Shown here in pieces: positions 12,524 through 25,890 of a stretch of 64,000 bases of DNA. Under the pieces are notes generated by a model. The model had not been told where the DNA came from and did no database searches. It saw nothing but the letters and a program-made list of their open reading frames with translations. The position numbers were made by a program, and so were the translations under genes. The stretch is from Octopus sinensis (lineage: Eukaryota): positions 122,326,001-122,390,000 of the forward strand of contig NC_042997.1 in NCBI RefSeq assembly GCF_006345805.1. The letters are read 5' to 3'. The number at the start of each line of letters is the position of its first letter. Within the stretch, counting starts at the first letter, position 1.

Positions 12524-12757
12524 TAACGGGCGAGCAGCTGAAGACCTGGGCAATGACGATAGAGGATGACGTCTCCGAACTATCAGGTCCGCAGGTGGTC
12601 GGTCTGCGCAGATGGAACCGCGAATGGCTCGCTATCTCCAGTGACCTCACGCAGGACCGAAGAGCGTGGGCCGCCATGGTTCGTCATGCCGCCAGGACCA
12701 GAGAAGAAGCCGGCTGAACCCGCCCTGGGTGAACGCCGTCACAAGTAGAAATATAGA
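12524..12757 (+). mobile_element. 3' end of an RTE-clade LINE
   Basis: Translates LKTWAMTIEDDVSELSGPQVVGLRRWNREWLAISSDLTQDRRAWAAMVR, an RTE-type ORF2 C-terminus; locally GC-rich, followed by a short 3' UTR. Confidence 0.7.
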
Positions 12758-12934
12758 AATAACAGAGAAATGCTTGGTACACACACATACACACACGCAC
12801 ACACAACGCACATAGCTTTATCTATAACATATGTTTATTATATGTTAATATTCTTTTATTCTTTTAAACTTTGCCGCTCCTTTTGGTCTCAAGTATCGTT
12901 CGGTATTTACCTGCGTTGAATTTGGAATTTGCTT

Positions 12935-13490
12935 GTGTTAATTGAACGTTGCCTTGGTCTTTCTGTAGAAGACTGCTTGTATTAACTTTGTGTCGTTGGC
13001 ATAGCCAGTAAGTGCGGCTGTCTGTGTAACTGATGGCATGTCTGAAATAGCCACCATGAACAGCAGCGGCCCCAGTACAGTTCTCATTGAGACACGCCAC
13101 TTCCTATTAATGTCTCCTTGGAGAGGACTCCGTTGGATGCTACACCCTGACGTTTGAGTGATTCATTGTTTCAACACCCATTATTAATCCTTAAAAATCT
13201 GTGTAAAGCAGCTTCTTTGTGAGCCAAAGCCATGCTTTGTGTCAGGAATCGATCTATTACCTTCAAGGAACGTTATTAACTTTTTTCACACAATTCGTTC
13301 CAGGACTTTGCTGACATGGGAAGTCAGCTCTGCTGCCCTCTTCTGCTGGATATGCTTCCCTTTAACGTTTTGGGAATTCTCCCAGTTGTGAGGAAGTCCT
13401 GGAAGAGAATCTGAAGTGGTTTTGCTAGAGCCCGTTGATTGTTAGGAAACCACAGGGACTCTGGATGAGTTTGAGGGCATCAGTTCCCTC
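12935..13490 (-). mobile_element. Degenerate LINE reverse transcriptase fragment (CR1 group)
   Basis: The minus strand gives GTVLGPLLFMVAISDMP...GYANDTKLIQ and LTSHVSKVLERIV; same family as 28850-31325; frameshifted and internally deleted. Confidence 0.8.
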
Positions 13491-13509
13491 TATTTTGATG
13501 ATTTCAATA

Positions 13510-13900
<391 letters not shown>

Positions 13901-14136
13901 TATTGATCGATTTTTTCTTTTCATTTCTTTCCTCTTTCTCTTTCCTTTTTCTTCCCTTTTTACGATCCCTTTTGATCGAAAACCTACCCCCACCTTTATT
14001 TTTCTCCCCCAAAAGAAAAGCTCTACCTTGTAATTTGTCCCGTCTGTGTGTAGCCCTGTGTGGCTAATAAAGAAACATATATATATATATGTATATATAT
14101 ATTTCGATGTTACTATTATTATTATTATTATTATTA

Positions 14137-14173
<37 letters not shown>

Positions 14174-14180
14174 TTTATTA

Positions 14181-14243
14181 TTCAGGTCACTGCCTGGAAT
14201 CGAACTCGGAATTTTGGGGTTAGTAGCCTGCGCTCTTAACCAT
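14181..14243 (-). mobile_element. tRNA-derived (SINE-head-like) segment running into a (TAA)n tract
   Basis: Minus strand tggttaagagcgcaggctactaacccc...gagttcgattccaggcagtgacc has A-box-like and B-box-like motifs. Confidence 0.65.
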
Positions 14244-14299
14244 TGGGCAATTTTGAAGTGAATTTTAGGAATGAGAACCCAGGTTCGAAATTTCCTCAA

Positions 14300-14344
14300 G
14301 ACACCTGATGAAGGCTAGATGTATTTCAGCCGAAATGTTGCGTT
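14300..14344 (+). ncRNA. Degenerate minimal hammerhead motif (Penelope-like type)
   Basis: gacac CTGATGA a ggct...agcc GAAA tg t t gcgtt; extra A after A9; stem III atgt (acgt would be palindromic); one stem I mismatch. Confidence 0.6.
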
Positions 14345-16112
14345 AATATCAAACAAGATGAGGACAAATATCCGTCAAATGTAAATAATATAAATAATAT
14401 GGACGAAGGGCTCTCCCCTAAATACTTATAATGTGCAGACTACTCATCATATAAGAATTTCGTAATCCCACATCAGTATATCATGTGTACTCAGTTTCAT
14501 AAGCTGCATGCACTCCAGCTGCCGAAGTTCACTCGGTATTGTTCACATTCTGCAAATGAATTGTGTCACAAGGTTAATTCTAAGCGCCACCTGCATCTTC
14601 AAGATTAGGCAAATGTAAGAAGAATCGGGTAATAATATCTTCATATTTAGAAACTGGTAATAATGATATATGTGCATTTCTTTTCCTTTAGTAATCATTG
14701 CTATGCATCATGTTCATTCTTAGGTGTAAGTATATCGAATTTACTGTCAGCTACCTTAAAATGAGTACAGTTAATTATTTGACTCGAAGTTTGGTACGAG
14801 GTCGGTAACTTTAATTCGTTGACCTCAGTAGTTTAAAGTTACTATATTTTACTGATCCCGGAAGTATGAAAGGCAAAGTTCTCCTCAATGTTATTTGAAC
14901 TCAGAATGTAAAGAGCCGCAGGAAATGCTGGTAAGTATTTTCTCAGAAACCCAAAGTTTATATCTGGTCACTGCATTAATGTAAAGACAAAATAATTCAG
15001 AATATACTTCTTTGATTCTGTAAAAGGATACCGATCTTCCGTTAATGCCACCAACATAGAAGATAAAAAGATTAATTTTACATGAAATGTTTCAAAATCT
15101 ATCCGTGTGCAGGTTTAACAATAGTAAATCTATGAATTGAATCGGCAGTTTATAGTGATTTCTATATAACCTTCAAGTTTGGAATATTAAATTTACAAAC
15201 AATTGCCTATTGAGATGGATAGCTGAATAGTGAAAGTAGCTGAGAACCAGCTAGCAAATCGGGTGATTCATGTCAATATCCAATAACGTAGCGCGCGCAT
15301 ATAATCACTACCTTTCTATCTCAAACTTAAGTAGGCACCTTACGATATAATTTATCGCTGAATACAATAAATTCGAAGTAAAATAGAGAATGATTCTTTG
15401 TACGGAAGTAAAATGTAACTCATTGAAATACTAACTTAAACAGCGTTCTCTTATCCATTGAAAATTTTACTGTAATACACTGAAGAAACCATAGCTTTAT
15501 AGATATTTGCGAAAGGGAACTGATACATATTTTCCATAAATTTGTTGTATAATATATAGATACTCTCCAAAATATATTCATCCTTCACGTCACAAAGATA
15601 TGAAAATATCATTTAATATTATTTCTGATGTATCTGAAATTAATAAAATCGACAAAAGTCGTAATTCACTTGATCAAAGTGAAAGCCAAAACCCCAAACA
15701 TTCTGTGTCGGAACTACATGGGGTGAATAATTCTTATGGGAATTTTCAACTTGCTATATATCTGTAGTATCTATTTATATATGATAGCCTTGTCAGAATG
15801 GTAGTTTAGTAGTAATTATCAATAAGAAACTGCATACAAGAATTTCACAAATATCTTTTATTTTGACTATAGCAAGGTCAGGGAAGTGGTCCACAGACGG
15901 AATTTAATCAGTATGCAATTCTACTTAATATAAATTTGAATTGCACATTTCATATGCACGATATGTAATCAACATAAAATCAAACATGACTTACCAAAAG
16001 TCACGCCAAGATTGATCAATTGTTTTCAAGTCAACAAAGATTTTCTGGTATTATAGCAGGTGCAGGCTAGCCAAGTTCTTTATCTGCCATGGATGCCCAG
16101 CATACTATGAAG

Positions 16113-16660
16113 CTAATCATTGTAGTCATCCTCAGAATATATCGGTTGTATTTCTAGCTCACTGTCGCCGAATTCAGGAGCTTGGTTGTCGCATGTTTGT
16201 AGCTTGCACATATCTGTTAGCCTCAAACCACTGCTGAGGCAGCTGCATGCTGGTAGTTTGCAGGAACGCGCATATTTTCAGGATAAAATCTAAAGTACTG
16301 CATCCAGTACAGGTGAGCTGCGCACCCAAGCAATGGCGAGATCATTCTCTTTGTCTAATATCGAAACGACATTCGATGGGGATCGGAACAAATGGTTGGG
16401 TCTGTAGACGTCTTCTCCAGATGGCTGCTCGGTAGTTTTCACGAAGAGCATGTATGAACAAATAGTCCTCACATTGATGTAGTTAACTCCATACAATTTC
16501 TCCACGTCTAGCGCTAAAGAGCTGGTATCGAAGTTTATTTACTTCAGTTGTTGAAGTACAAAGCATGCACATTTGGCAGGTTATCACCTGTAGCTGTTGG
16601 AACAGTTCATAAGATACACCCCCCCCAGTTTACTGAAGGTGTTTTGGAAGGTATTGCTGG
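16113..16660 (-). mobile_element. Pseudogenised C-terminal part of a probable Academ-type DNA transposon protein
   Basis: Across frameshifts and stops the minus strand gives VNKLRYQLFSARRGE...HALRENYRAAIWRRRL, then AWVRSSPVLDAVL...RSCKLPACSCLSSGLRLTDMCKLQTCDNQ (Cys-rich tail) and an acidic end. Family assignment is from motif recall. Confidence 0.6.
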
Positions 16661-16699
16661 ATTTCATCAGTTAGAACGTTGTCAGCTATACATACTGTA

Positions 16700-17670
16700 G
16701 ACAGTAGACAGTATCAAATTGGTTTGTCAAATTTCGTTCTGGTAACTTTGATCTCACAAATATGTAATGCGGTCGACCAGAAACAAAAGTGGGTAATGAC
16801 GAACTGAAAGCCACCGTCGCGTCAGATCTATTATCGTTGTATTATCGTGTATTATCGTTGTTGTTTGGTGTTAGCAAGCGAACAATAACGACTCACCTAG
16901 ATCAAATCGGTAAAGTGAAAAAGTCGGATAATGGGTTCCACTGAACTCAATAAAAATCAGAAACAGCAACGTTTGGAAGCTTGCATTATGCTAATTTCTC
17001 GTCACAAATATGAATCTTTTTTTAATCGAATTGTAACATGTGATGAGAAATGAATCCAATACAACAACCGTAAACGTTCAGCACAATGGTTAGAGAAAGA
17101 CGAATCATCAAACCACAGTCCGAAATGAAAAATACATCAAAAGAAGCTGATGGTGTGTGTTTGGTGTTCTGGGGCAGGTGTAATCCAGTATGATTTCATT
17201 AAACTTGGCTCATCAGTCACGGCTGAAGTCTACTGTAGCCAACTGGACTAAATGATGCAGAAACTTGCAAAAAACAGCCTAGATTAGTCAACTGATCCAC
17301 TCCTATTTTATTACAAGACAATACCAGACCACATCACTAAAATGACATTGGCGAATCTACAGGAGTTGGAATTGGAAGTTCTCCATCAACCACATACTTA
17401 CCTAATCGTTTCCCTACTGACTCCCATTTCTGGAATTTGGATAACTTTTTGATAGGAAAAAAAGTTTAATTGTGACGATACTGTAAAACAGGCCTTCCAA
17501 GATTTTATTAACTCTAGATTGCCAGGCTTCTACAGTTCTAGGCTTGACAAGCTACCGCTAAAATGGCAAATGTGTATTGACAACATGACTGCATACTATG
17601 ATGACTAAAATTATTCTTTTGTAGCAAACTTTTTTATTCTTTTCACCAAACGTCATACTTGACGACCTAA
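16700..17670 (+). mobile_element. Degenerate mariner (D,D34D) transposon, 5'-truncated, right TIR retained
   Basis: WFVKFRSGNFDL, WVP(H)EL at 16932, IVTCDEK, PILLQDNTRPH and PTDSHF motifs; stop at 17606-17608; ends ...gacgacctaa followed by TA. Confidence 0.9.
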
Positions 17671-19364
17671 TATAAAATGTTTTGTTTGTTTGAGATGGTT
17701 AGTCTAATAAACCAGAAACGAAAGCCATTATGCTGTCAAACAATATAAACATAAGGCATATATTAAAGACGAATCATTGTAACTATTAAAATGTAATATT
17801 TAATTGCACGAAATTTAGACTTACTGTTGTACATATAAAAATATATTTTATCCTTAACTCTGGTTTACTTTCAAACTATTGATACTTGCAGGGAATATCA
17901 CAATCAAAGCACACTTTTAATGATGATGATGATGACGATATGTATAGTAGTTAAGGAAGACACTGACCATTAATGAGATTAATGTCTGTAACAGGATTAA
18001 AATTGATTGTAGTAAAAAAATACCTAATAACCATTGCATTATTAAATATTGTCACGCTTTTAACATAACTAGGATATGTGGAGGCGTATGTTATTGACGG
18101 ATAAATATTCCTCTAAAATTAATTATAAGCCGGATTTTGAAATGTTATTAGACACATATTTAAAGCATATTAAAAGGCTCTCAGTGAAGTAAATTACCAG
18201 ATTTAAAGAGTTAATGTAACCAGATTCTTTCTTAGTGCTTACGAGATCATATCACTAATGGGTAATTTTAGCTTTTATCTACGCCCTGACGATAGATTAA
18301 ATACGAGTTTATTACTCTATGTGGTATAGACTATATCACATCTGCAAAAAAAGGACTTTTGCCCACTCTAATAAAGATTTCGTCTACTATTAGCAAAGAG
18401 TCAGGTATAATAGAAATAAAATCTTGAAGAGTGAAACAACCAATCCTGTTGAATGCATTTAATTTGATACAAGAAATTTATTATAACTGAGCGAGACAAA
18501 GAAAGCATTTAAATTGACTTCCTTTGAAATTTTGTTCTATATGTTTAAACCTATACTGCTATTTTTGTTTTGTCCAATTAAGGCTTGGTCAAGTAAGCTT
18601 ATGGTGAAAAACCTTTTAGTTGTATCCATCATATGATTTCCTTCATGAATATTAGACTACTTTTTCTAGCAGGTCGAACTACCACATACAGTCTCTCGTC
18701 GGCATAATTTGTACTGCTGTATACTGATATATAACTTCAGAGAAGCTCATTCTATTTTGCAATATGATCAGACGTATTTCAGTATAGAAAATCTCGGTGA
18801 CTGTTACTGAAAGCTCGGTCTGTATTGTTCAGTATATGCTCTCATTACCAGAGAGTAGAGTGCAATATAAAGATGAGGTGTTTGTAATTTTTAACTCTCC
18901 CTGTGATTACACAGTTGCTTACACTTTGTGTTGTGTATATGTTTAACTTACATCCACCACAGAATTAATGATATTAGATGATTTGTGTGCACTCATTAAT
19001 TAGCTTTTGAAAAGTAAGCGAGATCGTTTACACAGACTCTATGAAACAAGAACATTTCCAAACATATCGACTGCAACAAACAGAAATTAACCAAATTAAT
19101 TTCAGTTCGCAATTACAATAATTCATATTGTAATAGTGAAATGTTTTCAGTACATTTTGTCAACTATTTTGATGTTCAACGAGATAAGCTAATTATCATT
19201 TTGAAATAAATGTACTTTGTAAATGCATAAAGAGGTACAAATATAACGTTTGTGATTGGTATCGAACATATGTTTCACTACTATGGTCATTTCCCATCTG
19301 CCAACATTAATTCGAGGATATTAATGTACCACAATATGGAGTTCACTAACGTATATCTGTTATC

Positions 19365-19765
19365 TTTTACTAGTCTCAGTTCTTAGACTGCGGCCATGCT
19401 GGGGCACCGCCTTGATGAATTTTTGTCGAACGAGCTTCAGCCGAGTACTTTTTTTCCCACAAAACTAGTACGTACTCTATCGTACCTTCTAGGCTGAACT
19501 GCTAGGTTACGGGACGTAGATACCCCAACAACGGTTGTCAAGCGGTGGTGTGGACAATCACAGACCCAAACACACACACACACACATAGGCACGCGCGTT
19601 TATGTCGATCTATACAAGACCAGCTTGTTTTAGTCTCCGTCTACCATATCCACTCACAACAATTTGGTCAGCCTGGGGCTATAGCTGAAAACACTTATCC
19701 AAGTTTCCTCACATTGGGACTAAACCCGAAATCATGTGGCTGGAAAGCAAAATTCCTACAACGCA
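19365..19765 (-). mobile_element. tRNA-derived SINE, diverged
   Basis: Collinear homology with 40560-40970. Confidence 0.75.
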
Positions 19766-20009
19766 GCACGCTCATAGTTTACCTTTACTCTCTTATCTCT
19801 CACTTTACTGCATCTACATGACTCACAATAATAAAACAAAATACATGAATTACATACTGCACAATAGAAGGATATTACTATGTGAGATTCCTTTTGTTTT
19901 CATGAATACTAGTAACATATGGAACCTCAACGATTGCCTTCCAACTAAAGAAAATTTTAAAGGTTGTAGACATCGTTATACGTATCCAGCCAGAAGAGAC
20001 TATTTAACT

Positions 20010-20288
20010 CAGTGGTTCTCAAAGTGGGCGGTTTTGACCCCATGTGGGCGAAGGAACATTCCAAAGGGTCGTTGAAGAAAAATGGGGTAGCGAATCATCT
20101 AAAAACAACAAAAAGTTCATCCGGTTAAGTTTTCTTTGTGAAATACAGTTGCTTTGAATTTGGTTCAGAAACAGGTCTATGCTTGTCTTGGTTAGTTGGG
20201 GTGGGGTCGCTAGGAATGCGACCTGTAACTATCACAATGTAATATTTAATTGCCCGAAATTTAGACTGGAAAAAGTTGGGAATCCATC
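20010..20288. mobile_element. hAT (Charlie-like) MITE
   Basis: Starts cagtggttctcaaagt; degenerate right TIR; 8-bp flanks atttaact / ctttaact match at 7/8, consistent with a hAT target-site duplication. Confidence 0.65.
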
Positions 20289-20934
20289 CTTTAACTGATC
20301 ATTCCACCTGTTACAAATAAGACATAACTCCCTGAAATGACACTGACATCTTAGGAAGAGAGTTATGGATACCATGAGTCCGACTGTGACGTGGTGACGC
20401 CTCACTGAGAATCTTTACACCATAGATATATTAGGCCAGTGCTGACCAAAGGCGAAACTAGAAAATACTCATGTCATTATGTGGTTACATTTAATGGCTA
20501 TATTTGGATATAATTACTAATATAATAATTGATAAATTTGATAATATAACAATATTCGATAATATATTTTATGATCTGAACAATATTAAGGACTTTTTTT
20601 TTTATTCCTTTAAATTATTCGTTATCATAATTAATTCCTCTAAATTAATAGTGATAGAAACAATTCCTTTCATTCTATTCGCAATTAATAGATCAATCTC
20701 TAAGTGGGTATTGAGTGACAAAAGTTGAGTTTAAAAGCACATTTTCTCAAATGTATAAGGTGAGACAGAAATTCGTTCCATATTTGCAGCTTACTTGCGG
20801 AGTGTCAATAAGATTACTCTGATGATTTATAATTTGTTATCAGTGACCATCAAGGTTTGGACTGACAAACATCATGCATATGATATTTGGACGTTTATCC
20901 AAAATTGTGACGCAGGAAGCTTTTTGTATTACCT

Positions 20935-21022
<88 letters not shown>

Positions 21023-21721
21023 GAGAGCGCGAGAGGGAGAGAGAGAGATACAAAGAGAAAAAGAAAGGGAGACAAAAAGAGAGAAGAATTCAAATGTTGT
21101 GTTCATGCATGTACGCTCATTTGGAAATTTACGATTTCGTATATTAACCTTGATTTTGTAGTTTACCATTAAACCAAAATAACATATTCGCGGATCATGT
21201 AAGAGATATTTATCTTCTGATTTTCATATTTAAGAGGGCAATTTATTACCATTAGTAACTAGCGTATAGACCATAACATAAGCTGGGATCTTATAAATAG
21301 AAAATTTAGATCTCCGTTCAGAGATCACAGATTACATCTGTTCTGTTTTTTGTAATAAGGTTTAAAATAAGCGCTATTCATATCAGATCCACACACAGAT
21401 ACACGCCCAGGCGTACAGGGTGAGTGTGTGTGTATGTGTGTGTGCACACGCACGTGCTTGTGCGACAAGGCGATTACATTTGTGGTTTACTTTGTCATCT
21501 GGAAAGAAAATGAAAATAAAGCATGCATCACAGATGTATGGAAGGGCGACGGAATGCATGAGAAATCTTCTAACGAATAAATACGCCTTAGTACATGAAC
21601 TGAGTTTCTATTAACAAAACACACGTTTTTTCCATCTAAATACTCACTTAGAGAAAGGAAGATAAGCATTCTCATATGCCTATACTAATACACAGAAAAC
21701 CACTCACATAGGCATATATTG

Positions 21722-21800
21722 CAGTAATCCCTTGACTATCGCATGTGTTACGCTCCAAAAACCCCCGCGATAGGTGGAAATCCGCGAAGCAGATACAGTA

Positions 21801-21863
<63 letters not shown>

Positions 21864-21912
21864 AATAAATATTAGGGAATAAATCCAAACTTACAGGGTC
21901 TCTAATTTAATA

Positions 21913-21988
<76 letters not shown>

Positions 21989-22137
21989 ATATATTGTTTT
22001 ACTATTATTATAATTTGTAGATATTTATTTTATCATAAATGCAAAACAGCACCACGGAGGAATTGACGTAAGCTTAAATAATAAACCGCGATAAGTGAAC
22101 CGTGATAGGTGAACGGCGATATGACGAGGGATTATTG
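21722..22137. mobile_element. pogo/Tigger-like MITE with an internal (AT)n/(AAT)n expansion
   Basis: Imperfect TIRs cagtaatcccttgactatcgc / gcgatatgacgagggattattg, TA on the right flank, internal ccgcgatag.tgaa repeats. Confidence 0.7.
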
Positions 22138-22826
22138 TATATACATAGACATCATTGTAATATATCTATAATTATACAAGCGAGTTGTTGACTGATTTCA
22201 ACTTCAAAGTTTCGTCTGACATGAAACAAAAACATTGATATATATCATTACATACAGACGGGTGCACACACGCTCGAAAGCACACACACACAAACGCACA
22301 CAAACACACACACTCACATACGTATACACGCGTAAACACACACATACTCACATAAATGCATTATGTACTTATATATATATATATATATATATACACATAC
22401 ACAGAGAGAAAGAGAGAAAGACAAACACGCACAGATAACATATAACATATATATCATTTATAATTGTTCCAGCCCGAGGTGGCGACCATGCTTGGGCGTT
22501 TGTACTGTTGCGATTTCTGATTTATATATTATTTCATTCCATTCAGCCCTTTCCCACTAGGTCTTTTTTTTTAGCGAGAGACCTGGATATCGCCGCCCAC
22601 ATTTTACCTTCATGCTGTTTCATGTGTGTGAGTGTGTGTGTGTGTGTGTGCGTGTGTGTGCGTGCGGTTGTGTGTGTGCGTGTGAGGGCGTATGTGAGCC
22701 TGTATACGAAAACATATTTCGTTTAAACGAACGAAAGCGCTAATAAAGCATTATCCAAAATTATGACTGCCTCCTTTTTCTCAATATACAATATCTGCAC
22801 ACCACTTCAGACATTGTATACACACA

Positions 22827-22895
<69 letters not shown>

Positions 22896-24454
22896 TGTTT
22901 CGTTTATTTTTTCATCCATAACACACATACCCACATCATACGCATATATACTCCAAATATATTCTTATGTTTATAGGTAAGGCACATGCATACGTATCAG
23001 TTATATTGGAACTATTAGGTACTATGGTCTTGAAACCACTTGAATGAAGTAGAACTATAATGCAACAAATACTGCAATGAAGAACTATTGGTTCAAACTT
23101 CCCAGTATTCGAAAATCGTATATGTTACACATAGAAAATTTTCCTAAGAAAAATACTGCAAAAATTGTGTGCTGAAAGATATGTATATTATCTATATTAC
23201 ACACGTCATGTTTCCCACCTCTCTCACACACATACACGCGTGAATGTGTGTCTGCGTGAGTGGATGTGTGGTTGTGTATAATGTATATGATTATAAAATT
23301 AGCGCTTTGAGTTTTTTTGGCTTGATGCAATACTATGTAATATATTGTATTTGATTAGGATGGAATTACTCATGAAAAGGAAATTATAAAAAGTAAATAA
23401 AATATATATAATTTGTAATTAATTAATTAATCAGTTAAGTAAAACATTAATAGAGTGTATTAAATAAAAGTCGTGCAGAAAGGTAGAAAAGTAAATATAT
23501 ATATATATATAATTTACTAGACGTATCGTAATGCTGTATCTACAGGGAGACGCATATTATCTGTGAAATTCAGAGAGGTAGTAACCAGGGTAAATGTAGA
23601 ACGTGCCAATAGACAGACAGAAACAAAGAAGATAGAAGGAAATCGATAAAAGAAGCGCAACAAAGTGAAAGCTAACTCTATTCGTGGTTGTGCTGATGAA
23701 GGCGACAGAGGAAGTCAGCATCAGTGACTGACACAGGCCTTGCTCTCCTACTCAATAGACACGCTTTTGTTGATCTGTAAACAGAGGATTTCATATTTTG
23801 TTAATGGCTTTTCTTACACAGTCAGGACTAAAATTTGTCTTGTAGTGTTTGCTTTTGTTTTTGTTATAGTCGTTCTTCTGCTTGAATACGTATGCGTGTG
23901 ACTATATGTATGTATGTATATGATCAATGAACTTATATAGATATTACTGCCGTGTTTTTACAGCGAGCAGCTGCAGTAAAGATTACTTTGACCATTTTGA
24001 TGTTTTATTTTTTGTATGCTTTTGTCATTTCTGTTGATATTTTTATTGTTTTTTTTTACAGAATTCTTATATTTCTTTAAGCAATGGAAGTGTATGTCAA
24101 TGCCGATGGTAGTTGGTAGCAGTCGTGTTAGTATCAACGGTGTTATGTATGTTGTTGCGAGTCTTAACGTAAATTTTGTGGTGGAGATGGGGGTGGTTCT
24201 GTGGTTACTCTAGTTCTCACCTCCTCCCACACCTTTTGGCAATTATAGTGATATTGCCATAATGATAGTGATCGTGGTGGCGGTTTCTAATGGAGGTATA
24301 TATATATCTAATTTACTTCTGCTACTATAAGAAGCAGCATCAATGTCAATGTGTGTCGTGCGTTAGCAGATAAGCTGACAGTGATTAGAAACAACGAGAC
24401 TGTTTCGATCCTGATCGAATTAATAATGCTTCGAGGATGGTCATGAGACTCACA

Positions 24455-24515
<61 letters not shown>

Positions 24516-25313
24516 GCAGTAGAAGTAATAAAGATTTGTGTTTACTGCAGATAGTATTTCTTTCCAATGAAAATGAAGAATTGCATCCTCTACGTTTACT
24601 TTTCGAGTCTTTCATAAGTATAATTTTAAATTCGATATAGCACATTCAACAGAAATGGAATCAGTCATATCACTGAGATCATCGCAATTACAGGAACATT
24701 TGAGTAGTATTACATCAAAATACATATCATATGTTTGTGCTGCTTAAACAGAGGCCATCACAGATAAGTAAAAATACAAGGAAATGTATGATATAACACC
24801 CATGAGTATTCTTAGTAGAGAAGAGAAGATATAGTTAAAGCCAATGATATCTGGCTTCCATTTCTAGCATCTAGATCAACCAGGTAGACGTTCCTGGTGA
24901 TTTTAAAAGTCTAGAAAAATAGAATATAATTCACTGTTGCAGGAGAGTAGTGCTGATTATAGGGTGGTAGCAGTTTTGCAAATGCAGTTACGTTGCTGCA
25001 TGTACACACAATATATCCATCCACCCACCCCTCACACACACACGAGGGGTGTTCTTTTAGATATTCCCCTAAGCCACTTCCGGTTCTTGGATTTAGGCGC
25101 AACCTGCCGACTTCTACAGATGGGGTGTTCACAGCTGAGAGAAGTGTGTCACCATTGGAAGAGGCTATGCAGTGAAGGACTATGTTTTGTTTATCCCTGT
25201 TCTTGAAAAGCAGGTCAGGGGAAATCTTTAATGAGCATCTTTCGAACATATATAGATACTAAAACATGGATATGTATCTTTTCTCTCTTTCTCTCTATCT
25301 ATTTATCTATCTG

Positions 25314-25410
<97 letters not shown>

Positions 25411-25649
25411 CTTAGATAAATTATATTTGTTTGGGCCATTATAGGTCAAGGCCATGCTAAAATTAATGGCACTACCTGGAGATAGATTTTATGTCATGTT
25501 TCAGGATTCCATGGACCGGTTGAGCAAATTGTTGTTTTTCTCAGTCTGGTACTGCTTGGAATCTGTGTGCACTCATGATAGGGTTTCTCTCGACAATTAC
25601 GCCTAGCTATCTGATATTATTCGACAGTGTGTGTAAAGACATTTACGTG

Positions 25650-25890
25650 TAGAATGAGAACACATAGTCTGTGCATTGCAGGGTAGGCTACTCCTCCAAA
25701 ATAGATGGGCTTTTTCATGGGCAACCCAATGAGGATAAGTGAAACACTGAATGAACAGTACAAAAGTGTCTTCAGCCCACCCCTACGGCACATGCAATTA
25801 GCAAACCTGTGATTTTTTTTACTGCTGCATAGGCTGAATTGGAGGTTGTAACAATTGATTACATCAACATCAAAGAAAAGGATATACTAC
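25650..25890 (+). mobile_element. Internal LINE ORF2 fragment (same family as 28850-31325)
   Basis: Close nucleotide match to ~29528-29745; encodes GNPMRISETLNEQYKSVF. Confidence 0.8.

Noticed and set aside
14181-14243. Functional tRNA gene
   Set aside because: The 5' acceptor-stem region is missing and it runs into (TAA)n; this is a repeat-derived tRNA-like head.
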